Part shown: positions 39,187-51,520 of the stretch, one piece after another
Numbering within the stretch: the stretch's first letter is position 1
Layout: each line of letters opens with the position of its first letter
Source of the DNA: Azolla caroliniana
Lineage: Eukaryota > Plantae > Polypodiophyta
Assembly: GCA_043228905.1 (NCBI GenBank)
Contig: JBHGNT010000006.1
Coordinates: 18,104,001 to 18,168,000, forward strand
Direction: 5' to 3'
DNA: 64,000 nucleotides
The notes under the pieces: model-generated
What the model saw: the letters and a program-made list of their open reading frames with translations, nothing else
Database searches by the model: none
What the model was told of the DNA's origin: nothing
Position numbers and translations under genes: made by a program

Positions 39187-39511
39187 GCGACAAGCTCAAC
39201 CGGAGCCGGATCGGCTGAATAAGCCGGAGCCGGTAAGCGAGACAGATCGGGCGAAACGGATCGGTATGACGGTGAGCAACCGAACCGGCAAGCAGTGGAG
39301 GCCGGGTGCAATCCGTAATCGGCAGTCTAATCGGAAGCCTAGTATAGGATAGACCACTAGGTAGCTATAGTCTCGTAGTAAGTGTCAGATGCTCGTGTGA
39401 GCATTGAAGTACATGGTACTTCTATCAGTCCCAAGAGGACTTGTATAAATAGTGCTACTTAGCACAGTGTGTTGTTAAGGAGTCTTGATATAATTTTGAA
39501 ATTGTGTTCTG

Positions 39512-39543
<32 letters not shown>

Positions 39544-42176
39544 TGTTCTCTGTTTTACGCTTCCGCAAACACTTACGTTTAGACTAAGAATGCAACGTAC
39601 CATTCCAGGACGAAGCACATCTAGCGTAGGTATCATTGGATCCGGGAGTGTGAGTAGAAGATCGAGAGTTAGCGTTGACGAAGATCCACACGACCGAGAA
39701 TGGGTCAGATATGCTGACCAAAGTACTGATACCCGACAAGCTGGATGCATGTTGGAAGCGGATCGGACTAGTAAGACATCCCATGCCGGAGTGAAGGGGG
39801 AGTTTGTTAGGAAACAGGTCCCTCCGGATGGGAAATGAGAAGAACAGTGTTGATGAGCAACTCAACTAAGGACGAATCCGGATGTGGAGTACCCTGCAAC
39901 GGAAGACCCGATGAGAACCGGATGTGGTGTACCCGGCAACGGAAGACCCGGTGAGAACCGGATGTGGTGTACCCGGCAACGGAAGAACCGGTGAGAACCG
40001 GATGTGGAGTACCCGGCAACGGAAGACCCGGTGAGAACTGGATGTTGCAGGCCCGGTGAGAACCATCTCACCGGATGAAGGGACATATATGTAAATATGT
40101 TCTAGAGAGCCCACTGGGGCTATATTTTGTAAATAGCCGAAAGTCATATTAGTATAAATATGACCTAGGGCAAACTCTATGTGTGTGCGTGCGTGTGTAA
40201 TCTCCTCTTCGAACGACGTTCGGAACGTCTGTTCCAAATGCCAAGGACAAGATCGGAGCCCACCTACGCTTCAATTGTAGGAAAGCCTTTCCCAAGGGAT
40301 TCATTCAATACGTCTTCAACAAATACTCCGACTCCAATGGAAATCGACAGCACACGTCGTCACAGACCACTATCGGAAGAAGAAAAGCAACGACGCAAGG
40401 GAAATCGATTATGTCTTTATTGCGGTGAACCGGGGCATATTGTAGTGAACTGCCCCCATCGGCCGAAAAGGCAGGTAAATCAAATAACCGTTAGTACAAA
40501 TAGTACTAAACCCGAGTCTATTTGTCTAGGTGTGTCTAATAGTCCTAATAGCCCAAGCCTTTCAAACAAATTTGAAATCCTTAGTCAACTAGAAGAAGAG
40601 TTAAATGATTAAGTCCAGCCAAAATAGGAGGTGTTTGGTTGGACAGCCCTAGATCTATGCAGCCCATTAGTGGTTCTATTTCCTCTAAGCAAGTTAGCAA
40701 TGTGTTCTTAGCTCAAGTAATGGTTAGTACTAAAAGAAATCCTCCAGTACAAATCTTAGCACTCTTAGATTCCGGAGCCAACTCTTACTTCATGGATAGG
40801 AATTTTGCGCAAGCTCATCAGATATCCCTAAAAGACTCCCGTGTCCAGCCTTTGTAGTAGTCATTGATGGTCGTCCTATTGCTTCCGGAAATATTATAGG
40901 AGTCAGAACCCGTTAATATTGTCCTAGATAACTTAGCGTGTGTAGTATCATTTAATATAATTAGTATCCTAGAACATCCCATTGTTTTGGGATTACCATG
41001 GTTCGAATTACATAACCCAGCCATAGATTGGAGAACAAGAGAAATACGGTGTCAACAAACCCAAAGATCTACTCATAAGATTGCAACCATTTCGCTACAA
41101 CAGTTGCGTGAGGAAGGACGCAAGGAAGAAGTGTTTCTCTTCGCAATATCAATAAACCCCTCCAGTATGAATAAAGAGGAGTCCACCATTCGACTTCCAA
41201 AGAAGTATTGTCATTATGCCGATGTGTTCGATAAAGTACAAGCCAATACGCTTCCTCACCATCGACCGTATGATTGCCCCATCAATTTACAACTGGGAAA
41301 AGAGCCACCATGGTGACCAATCTACAATTTTTCATCAACCGAGCTAGAAGTCCTTCGAGCCTATATAGAGGAGAATTTGGCAAATGGTTTAATTTGACAT
41401 TCGAAATCTCCAACCGGTGCACCCATTTTCTTCGTCAAGAAAAAGGATGGATCACTTCATCTCGTCATAGATTATCGTGGATTGAATAAAGTCACCATTA
41501 GGAATAGGTATGCACTTCCCCTTATCTCAAGTCTTTTAGAACGAACCAATGGTGCAAGGTTCTTCACAATGATCGACTTACGAGGAGCATATAACCTCGT
41601 ACTGATCCGACCAGGAGATGAATGGAAGACTGCGTTTCGCACTAGATATGGGCATGCCATTCGGCCTCACTAATGCGCCAACAGTCTTCCAGCACATGGA
41701 AAATGGTATATTCTGATATCTCTTGGATGATTTTTTTATCATATATTTGGATGATCTGCTGGTTTATTCGAAGACCCAAGAAGAGCATGATTCTCTTGTA
41801 CTGTTAGTAAACACATTCGCATTCATAAGTGGAAGGATCACGCATAAATGGAAGGATAAGGAATATTTTGATTGATTGTAGTACTTTTTCAATGATTTTA
41901 CAAAACACATTGATACCAGTATCATACATGTTCAAATATACTATGAAAAAGGTTTAAAATCCACTATTTTTGTGATTTAGAAATAAATAAAAAAAAGCGG
42001 AATTTCAAAAAGTTACATTCTCAATTTATATCACAAACTTTACAACCAATGCTATTTTATAAGAAAAGTTTTTAGAAATCATAAGAATTCAAAAAACATG
42101 CTTTTATATTACTCAATTTGTTACAAGCGGAATGTAGTTACACTTAATAGCCAAAAATACATTCATGATCACTCCT

Positions 42177-44939
42177 TTATGGAGAATCACTACTATAATT
42201 AATATACAATGACGATTCCTCCTCGTCATCCTCGGATGTACCAATCAGTGCATTATCTTCGTCATAAACCAAATGGTTTGACTCTAGATTATATGTAGCT
42301 GATCTTGTTTGCCTTCGACTCGAGCCACCTTGTAGACCTGGTAATTTTTCTTTTATTATATCTATTGTTGACTTCCTTAATCGTTCGGATTTTGTAAGCG
42401 TGAAGTCGTACATGATGATATCCACATCAAAGATATCAAGGGTCGAGGTGTTATGAATGTTTTGCTTCCTCTTCCTACCTCCCCTTGTCGTTGGGCATTC
42501 AATCATCTCCATTGTATACTTACCCGTAAAAGCATTTGCACTTCTAGTGTTGTACCAATGAACATTTATAGACTTGATCATGTTTTCTATTTCATGCATT
42601 AGAACTTCTTTAATTTTACCAACCCAAAATTGGTGGCCATGTGAGTTCTCATTAGCCAGCGTTGCAATCACCATCTCCATTGCGAGCTCTTGCAAATTGT
42701 CTTGCCATCTAGCTTCGGCTGCTTTGGTCATCCTTGGTCCCACATAAATGTCTCTTTGTTGTGGATGGACCAAACTGTCATTAATCGCATTTGCTGGTTG
42801 CTCCGGAGTTTTATTTACAAGCTCATGTTGTAGCGACCATGTGAATGGCGTTTCCAAATTCCAATTATCACCAAATACACAATTGTCTATAATTCCTTTC
42901 TGATCACTAAAAAATACATCCCACCATGACATGTCTTTTTGTGCGACATATTTCTTTGCGGCCTCAATATTCTTTATTTTTTCTTCTAAGGCTTGGAGCC
43001 ATTATTGTTTTTGTTCCGAAACCAAGTCACTATGCAACTATCCTTTCTTCTCAATTGGCATTTGTTTAGCTCCATGGACAATTGTACTCGGCATACAAAG
43101 TAATAACTGGCAACCACCTTCAGGTTCCCATGTTGTAGAAGATGAACATTGTTTAGCATACAAAAGCATAGAACCACTTATTTCATTTTTTTTATCATAA
43201 AAATGTGATTGAAGATTATATTGTTTAACTGGGCGAGCACTTTAACATTCCCAACACCCCCATCTGATATATATCTCTTAAAGTCATTTACCCTTCAAGT
43301 GTAACACTTTTGGGCGTGCTGTATATGCATCACAAATGACCTCAAATAGTTTTGGTAATGTGAAAGCATCATGCCGAGACAAATGTCTAGAGAATGTGCT
43401 AAACATCTGATCTATATGATCATGTGTGTGGCCAACCAAAAGAAAATCGACTTTCATTTTTCTAAACGATACTTGGTTGACCAACATACTTAGATAGCCA
43501 ACCACAATTGAATTTTTGTTCTATCTAACAGTATTGTCCAATTGAATGTATATAACAAGGGGGAAGGGTTGGCCCCAAGACATCAAAACTCGGTGAATCA
43601 CTTTAACTGTTAGGTTAGGGTTATTATGAACATTGGGGTATGTAATGAAGACGTGAGGTCCAACAGACCTATTATAAGCCAAGCATCCCACCAAGTGCAT
43701 TTGAACAAGGCACTCATCATTGATGTCTTTGGGGAGCCTCCGCATATACGGCAAGCACGTCTTCTTCAGGTCCATGCCATCTATCATTAAGCACATGTAT
43801 TGTTCGGGCCTCTTCAAACACTTCTCTCTATGATGCATCGCCTTCTTTTGTTCTAACGATTGTGCCTCACGATGCTCCTGTACTTACTTCTTACTGATAT
43901 CCTTTTCCATTGATGTCTTTGCACCATTAGCCAAACTTTTAAGATTTACACAAATGGAGCAATACCCCATGCGTACTTTACGCGGAATGATAACATTTGA
44001 AAACCGAGCTCTCCAGAATCTTGTGAATTGGTTATATGTGATAGATTTATTACATGATCCCACCATATCTGATCGATAGACATCATAAACTTCCTGACAT
44101 GTGTAATTATCAGAAAGGTGCATCCTACCTATAGTGGGCATTACTTCACAATTTAACTGAAAATAACTTTTCATCCAACCAATAGCATGTCTTCCAATTG
44201 TACCTTTTATATTTGGAACCTCGTTACAATTGAGCATCTGATCCCGGTTAAGTAGACGTTGGTGTACTCTATGTAGCCGCATGTTACTAATACATAACGC
44301 AATTTTGAAGGCAACTCTACAGATCTGTTGCTCGAATGATACTTTGATCCCCGTACATTTGTCAGACACTAGTTGCATATGTGACCCAAGGTAAGTGTCT
44401 TGCTCATCACTAGTCATTGAAAAATAGTATCGGCTTAATTCTCGCAACTTTGATTTTCCAATCATAGACATACAACCACTGGCACAACATATTTTGTTGA
44501 CATCAAATCCAATTTGCTTATCTAATGTCACCAAGTTAAATCTGGCCAGATGAATTCTACGTGGGATTCTTCTAATATGCATAGGGCTTCCAGATTTTTC
44601 TTCCTGCATAGAAGTTGGGGTAACCTTGTTACAATCCAATTCTTTGTTGTGACCATCGCCCATGATATTCAATGTTTCATTGGCACTACCTTCCTTCTTC
44701 ATATCTTTATTAATATCGTATTCTTTAATAGAGAACTCTTCACATGTGTCATTCACATGTGTTGTAGGTGAAGATGAGCTCAAACAATACTCTTTGATAG
44801 AAATGGGTGAGTTTGTCGATAGACAATATTCTTCAATAGAAAATGGTGAGGCTGTCAACAGACAATACTCTTTGGTAGAAAAGGAAAAGTCTGATGACAA
44901 ACAATATTCTTCAATCGAGAACTATGAGTCTTCACTCAT
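42177..44939 (-). pseudogene. DDD-type transposase (Sola1/DUF7869-like), about 920 codons, several stops and about 2 frameshifts
   Basis: Cys motifs (CCASGC, ICRVAF, YCSIC); IDGMD, IQLDNTVR*NKN, FLLVGHTHDHIDQMFS; ATG at 44939 is in frame with the 44900 ORF. Confidence 0.75.
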
Positions 44940-45812
44940 GGCTTAAGGTCCACACAAAGCTCTTCAAGTTATGTGCTTGGGCTAATATAAAAAACTGATA
45001 AGCTCCTCTCTAAACATAAACTCCTCTCTAAACATAAGCTCCCTCAATATAATGTCCATATTATTTAATATTATATTAATACAATAAATAAAGATCTTAT
45101 TTTTAATATAATAACTTTATTCAACATATTAATAATTACTTAAACTAGTTAGTATAAAGTCTAATAAATTATATTTTATACCTTATTAATCCTTTAATAT
45201 GTAATTTAAATTAAATTAACTTTAGCCATCAAGTATAATATATTTACAATCATTACCAAGCCATATATATGTTGGTTTAAAGTTAAAATCATTGGTTAAT
45301 TAATGGCACCTATATTTAATATAGAACTTCTCAATCATTGGTTCATTTGTGCCCACCATTTTAAATATAAGCCTTTTCAATCATTGGTTTATTCATGAAC
45401 CTCTATCATTGTTTTATTTATGACCTTCAAAGGCATTGTATGTTAGTTTGAGTATTTAATCATTGATTCATTCATCACCATCATTTAATTCAAATCCATT
45501 AGACAGTCATTAGTACATTCAAGATTATGTACTAAATAAAGTGTACTAAGGTCTAAGAAAAAAGTGTCTTAAGGTCAAAGAAACTCTTTCTTAGGTCTAA
45601 CTAACTAACCTTAAGCTTACCAAACCCAGTTAAAGTAACTGTGGTTACTTTAACCATAGTGGTCAATCCCTATAAATAGGAAGACCCCCTCATTTCGCAA
45701 TCACTCATGTGCAGAACAGAGCATACGAGCACATAGAGCAAACAAAGCACAAACAGCCCAAAGCACGCAGCACCAAATTGTCATCTCCCCGTAAGCATCG
45801 ACGACGAGAATC

Positions 45813-48104
45813 ATGTCTTCGAAGAAGAGCGAGCGCCAAGAATCCAGGTAAGCGGTTGGCAGTATGAACATTTTTGTAAATATGTTTTCGCAGTCAAGAA
45901 CTCGATACGACGTATCGAGTTCCTGAATAAAACACAAACCTAAAATAGGAACTCGATACACCGTATCGAGTTCATATATAAAACATAAACTTTAAAAAGG
46001 AACTCGATACGCCGTATAAAACACAAACTTTATACGCCGTATAAAAGATACCAAATTTATGTCCAATTCAGACTTTTTTAGTGACATTTGCTACATTTTG
46101 TAACATTTAGCGCCCTTATTGAAACAGATTTTATGACCTATAATAGCTTAAAATAATACAAAATAACCCACGAATTACCTTTATGATACCAAATTCAAAT
46201 CTATCGTATTAAATTTCTCAACAATATAGGATATGGAATCAATATAAACCATACCTACCCTCCAATATGATACATATCCTTGTAAAATTATTTAGATATA
46301 TAATATTCGAAGTTGAATAGCCCTTACTAGATTTAAATTCACAATAAAGGTCTATCATGTTCACAAAAAGTATGATTGATATTTACAGTTTAGCACAAAT
46401 CGCTTGCTAGTTTTTGTCTTGGTGTGCTTATGTATATTTTGATATGCAACCTTAATCTAGGCAACCAACTAACTTATATTTTCACACATCCTTTCTTAAA
46501 TAGGTCGTTTGAGAACTTGTCAGACCGACTTGTGAAGAAAATAAAGCTCTGAATTCAGGGCTCTCCAATTGAAACCCAGAAACAAATAGTTCCTCAGAAC
46601 ATGAAGAGAGAAAAAAAATTTCTCTTCGACGAGGAGACAAAATCTCAACCATTAGACGGAATTAGCCAAAAGGAAATGTTAGTTGCTACTGGTGTTGAGG
46701 ACCTTTCTGACCGTGATTTAATGGACAAGGAATGGTGTATGCAGTACGTCGACTCCAAGAAAAACGTTGTGATGTATACAACAAAGAAGAAGGGAGACGG
46801 TCAGCTTGAAAATGACACTGCATTTATGTACAACCATATTTTACGATTTGACTACAAAGGTTTAGATTCAGCCAACATTCTTGTAATGATAGAGTGCTCG
46901 AAGGGGGTACGTAAACTGTACCTTTCTGAAGATCGACTAGTAAAGGAATCTTGTGGGCCAGAATCTTTTAAAAAAGATCTACAGAGCTCACAAAACCTTA
47001 TGTCACCTTGAGGCCTTATATACAAGGCCATGTAACTCTAAGGGAGCGCTTTCCCTCCCCGATGAAGGCCCCAAAAAGGGCATCTAAAGTGCAATCAAGA
47101 CCAGCAAAAAAGAAGACCACTAAAATGTCGGACTCCGACTCATCAAGCTTAACCGAAGATGAGGACACTAGGGGGACGCGAGGTGCTGAGCTGGCATCTG
47201 GTGTGTTGTCATCCGAGCAGAATAAGATACGGAAAGAGTTAATGCAGCGCAAACTGCTAAGAAAAGGGCAAGTGTTTAATTTGCCTATAACACACATCCA
47301 TCAACCCCCAGTAGATGTAAAAATAGGACGAAGAATCTCAAGAAAAAAATGAAAATAAAATCTACATGCTACAATTCTGCCTTTCATTGTGGTGGTAGAT
47401 CCCGAAGAATGTTCCACAACTGAGAACTTCGACGTGAGAAAGCATGATCAATACAATTACTTTGTAATTGGTGCATCACATTCTGCTGAAGCACGCCAAC
47501 AACTTGTTAGAGAGCACCCACCGACTTTCTTCTTCAAGTATGCTGAGTGCAAAATATACATGGGCCTCACAACTAAAGAGGCAAAGCTTTTGGCATGGAA
47601 CCACAACAACGACAACGACTATAGGAAAAAAACGTCATCTATTGAATGGATAAGGTTCTTCCACCATGAATACCTGGACGTCAAACAAAAGTTTGATGTG
47701 AAGCTACACCCCGGCCTACGATGTCAATGCTTCATGAGGTCGGCATTGTGGTGGATGATAATGTTAAGTCGGATGGTCTTCAGAAATATGAGTCCTGGTT
47801 TCAACTTGCCTTTAGAGATAGAGAAGTATGGGACCTACAAGATCAAATCTTCTCAATGTGGGAGAATAAGGAGGTCAAGGGTCAACGACAAAAGAAATGT
47901 AAGGTAGACCCTCAGCTAGAATTAAAGTCACAAGTGGCCAAGAAAATTGATTTGACAATTGAAGAAGCGGTTGACGACATGAAGCTGTCTACGTGGAGAG
48001 CGATGCAAGGTATTAAGGACGAGCAACTTCTTGTGTCTGTTTTGTTAAGGGTTGTGGCGAAAGAATTTAGCCTTGAAGAAATGGTCATTGAATTCAGTAA
48101 GTAA
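45813..48104 (+). pseudogene. Spliced cargo gene encoding a ParB/Srx-like domain protein (exon 1 45813-45847, intron 45848-46503, exon 2 46504-about 48100)
   Basis: TATAAAT near 45671; AG|GTAAGC donor and TAG|G acceptor join in frame with the 46601 ORF; PFIVVVD..YFVIGASHSAEARQQL..CKIYMGL..EAKLLAWNHN..SSIE pattern; next donor GTAAGT near 48101. Confidence 0.6.
45898..46045. repeat. 51-bp-period array of 25-bp palindromes GAACTCGATACG-N-CGTATCGAGTTC
   Basis: Units at 45898-45922 (perfect), 45949-45973 (1 mismatch) and 46000 onward (truncated). Confidence 0.9.
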
Positions 48105-48405
48105 GTCTTTCAAGTAGAATTGTTGAATTTAACCTTAACATAACATGCTCGTAGAATTGTTGCCATGATTGTCCATGTTGTTATTTGCGACCAATTGTCG
48201 AGATTTTCATTCCGTGTCTAATATATACCAGTCCATATATTATGGATCTTTGTCTTCTATTGTTAAAACTATTATGTTTCTCTTCCATTGCTGCTTAGAT
48301 TGTGTAGTGTGTTGATAATGCTTCCACTAGCGTTATCGACATGTTCTTATACGCTTGTAGTTCCACTAGCGTTATCGCTCGGAGTTTGATCCCGTGTGGA
48401 TCACC

Positions 48406-48662
48406 TAAGGAATAGATTAGATCAATTTTAAATACAAGTATTGAAACCCTTTATAGGTTTGTTATTTCAATCACATTATCCTAAAGTTCATTGTCTTACA
48501 TTGTCCATAATTATATACATATGGTTTCATCCCATGCGAACAAAATAAGGAATAGATTAGATCAACTTTAAATACAAGTATTAAATACCTTAATAAGTTT
48601 GTTATTCCAATCACATTATCCTAAAGTTGACTATCCTACATTTTCCACAATTATATACATAT
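48406..48662. repeat. About 140-bp-period degenerate tandem duplication inside the DNA transposon
   Basis: TAAGGAATAGATTAGATCAA...ATTATATACATATG occurs twice. Confidence 0.8.
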
Positions 48663-51072
48663 GAGTATGGGTCAAAGTATAAATTATAACTCATTTTATT
48701 AGTATGGTTACAAGTACACCTCATATTTTTGTAAAACTTACCAAAATAACTTTAGTGTTTGTCATGTCCCACATTAGTGAGATATTGAGCCATTGTTCAA
48801 CTTTATTATGCCTACATTAACTTATCAACACATCCAAAATTATTTGAATTTCTAATGATCTCCACTCGGAGACCTATCATGTATTTTTATATTTGCAAAT
48901 TCTAATCAAGTTGTGGAACATGTGATACTAGTGCATCCAATTTTTGTAGAGAGGGTATATTTGGATATTTTCAAGAAGATTCTACAAGTGGAATATGTGA
49001 TCCTTCCACTTGTGAACGCGAACGTGTTAGTACTAAAACGACTTCGAGAACATGGTCTTTATGCAAAGCTGGAAAAATGTAGTTTCGAGTGCAACTAGGT
49101 AGAATTTTTGGGCTATGTCATTTCCTCGGAAGGCATCTCGATGGATCCAGCTAAGGTCAAAACGGTGGTAGAGTGGCAGACTCCGCGTTCGTTGCGAGAT
49201 GTGCAATGGTTTTTAGGCTTTGCCAATTTTTACCGCAAGTTCATGCAGGATTACTCAAAGCTTGTTCTGCCTCTCACACAACTTACCAAGAAGGGACAAT
49301 CGTTCGTTTGGTCTGAAGAAACGGACATGGATTTTGAGAGTCTTAAGAAGGCATTTACATCAACTCCTATTTTAGCTCATGTTGATCCACAAAACCATTC
49401 ATCATTGAAGCAGACACGTCGAATTTCGCCTTGGGTAGCATTCTGTCTCAACAAGGCGATGATAAAAAGCTACATCTTGTGGCTTTCCATTCACACAAGT
49501 TTGACGCTACGGAAATCAACTATGAAATTCATGATAAGGAGCTATTAGCAATAGTGCACTCTTTTACGCAATGGAGGCATTTTCTAGAGGGGTCTTCTCA
49601 TCAAGTCATCGTATTTAGTGATCACAAAAACCTTGCCTACTTTCAGAATGCTCGTGTGTTAAATCGATGTCAAGCTCGATGGGCCCAATTCCTCACTTGT
49701 TTCGACTTCAAAATTACATATCATCCGGGGAAGCAACAAGGGAAGGCAGATGCATTATCACGGCGCTCGTATCTAGCACCGCGTCCCAGCGAGCCGGCTT
49801 TCGAATACCAAAAGCAAGTAATCCTTGGACCGGCATGACTGCAAGCAACGTAGGTCTTTGGTATGCCCTTGGATTCCCACGTTATCGATACCATACGTGA
49901 GGACTTAAAGACATATGCTTTCGCTCAAGCCATTCTAGCACAAATTGATACCTCTCGAGCATCTTGTTCACAATCGCAACAACCAGGTATGGACTATCAA
50001 CAATTCGAATGTCATGATGGATTACTATTCTTTAAGAAACTCTTGTATGTTCCTAATGGTACTTGTCGCCTTCTAGTAGTCCAAAACTGTCATCACACAT
50101 ATATAGTTGGGCATTTTGGTAGTACTAAAACACTAGATTTAGTACAATGATCATTCTGGTGGCTCCATATGCGACAATTTGTCGAAGATTTTGTTCGGAC
50201 TTGTGATACATGTTGCGGAGCAAAAATGCCAAGGCATCATCTATTTGGTTTATTAGAACCATTACCAATTCCAAGGAAGCCATGGCAATCCCTTGCCCTA
50301 GATTTCATCACAGATCTTCCGGTCTCTAAGGGATTCGATGCGATCTTAACAGTATTAGATCAATAGACGAATATGGCTCATTTCCTACCATGTACTAAGG
50401 AAATCTCCAGTGAAGAAACCGTCGAAATTGTCATGCATGAAGTATTTCGGCATCATGGCCTTCTCGATAGTATCATCAACGACAGTGGACCCCAGTTCGT
50501 CTCGAAGTTCTGGAAGCACCTCTTTAAAAGGCTTAAGGTCACTTGTAACCTCTCCTCTGGCTACCACCCGCAAACAGACGGTCAAGCAAAATGAACAAAT
50601 CAAACGCTGGAGTAGTATCTTCGGTGCTTTTTAAGCTATCATCAAGATGATTGGGCGAATATTCTCCACTTTGCCGAATTTGCGTATAATAACTCTATCC
50701 ACTGATCAACAAAGGTGACACCATTTTATGGTTACACGGGTTGTCACCCCCGATGGTGTGTATTTGAAACCCCAGAGTTACCTACAAATCCTTGTGCAGA
50801 GGATCGTTTGGAGCGGCTACGTAAGATACAAGCGGATTTATCTACTCATCTCCAACAAGCTCAACAAACACACCAGGTTTACGCGGATCGTCATCGGCTT
50901 CCATCCAGTTTTGACATTGGAGATCTAGTGTGGCTACTACGACAACACATCAAGACTACTCGTCCATGCGAGAAGTTGCATTATCGGCAATTAGGTCCTT
51001 TCCATATTTATCGGAAAGATTAATGATGTCGCTTTTGGTCTCGATCTACCTCCGCAGCTACGGATACATCCG

Positions 51073-51390
51073 GTGTTTCATAGTTCTCTCCTAGAACCCT
51101 ATCAGGATTGCACCATCCCAAGTCGTATTAAACCACCTCCACCCCCGATCGAACTTGAAGATGGACTTGAGTACGAGGATGCCGCCATCCTCGATTCCAA
51201 GATTGTTCGCAACAAGCTCTACTATTTAGTCGATTGGCTAGGATATAGTCCCAACGAACGTACTTGGGAACCGATTGAGAATGGGACCAATGCTCGTGCT
51301 CTTCTTGAAGACTTCCATCGTCAATATCCAGACAAACTAGGTCCTCAACCCAAAACGACTTGTGACACTCGTCGTTTTAAAAGGGGGATA
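51073..51390 (+). pseudogene. Integrase C-terminus with a group-I-type chromodomain (G3)
   Basis: EYEDAAILDSKIVRNKLYYLVDWLGYSPNERTWEP. Confidence 0.9.
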
Positions 51391-51520
51391 TTACATGAGT
51401 CGAGCTCTTACCATTAGGCTATGTATTGTAATATGAAGGATATTTTGTTCATTTAAGTTTTCCTATACAAATTTGATGTTTATTCCAGATTTCTCTGGAA
51501 CATTCTAGAAACTTCAAGAG

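Larger units (their letters stand above)
33650..39583 (+). mobile_element. Full-length Ty1/Copia (Ale/Ivana-related, lineage uncertain), LTRs 33650-34048 and 39181-39583
   Basis: PBS-Met abuts the LTR (34049-34060); PPT 39169-39180; flanks do not form a TSD. Confidence 0.92.
30148..40201 (+). mobile_element. Rearranged or chimeric Tork-like Copia (5' LTR 30148-30731, PBS 30735-30746, truncated 3' LTR 39805-40201)
   Basis: Both LTRs begin TGTTAGGAAACA; internal deletions; a second U5-PBS-gag start at 32440-32856. Confidence 0.8.
41810..49028. mobile_element. DNA transposon, Sola1-like (7219 bp), 32-bp TIRs, 4-bp TSD AGTA, two divergent genes
   Basis: Left end AACACATTCGCATTCATAAGTGGAAGGATCAC versus right end (rc) AACACGTTCGCGTTCACAAGTGGAAGGATCAC; agta at 41806-41809 and 49029-49032; the host RT (VLLV|LKRLREHG) resumes. 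Confidence 0.9.
22970..51520 (+). mobile_element. Gypsy chromovirus copy G3, decayed and split by 4 or more insertions (5' LTR 22970-23380; gag 24162-24480, 30026-30147, 40202-40612; pol 40600-41809, 49029-51390; partial 3' LTR 51391-51520)
   Basis: Colinear pieces; PPT AAAAGGGGGATA at 51379-51390. Confidence 0.85.

Noticed and set aside
45848-45893. Alternative short first intron ending at TTTCGCAG
   Set aside because: 46 nt is too short, and the downstream sequence is non-coding; the 46503 acceptor gives an in-frame join
45898-46045. CRISPR-like appearance (palindromic repeats with spacers)
   Set aside because: The spacers resemble each other (tandem repeat), there are only about 3 units, no cas genes, and the context is eukaryotic
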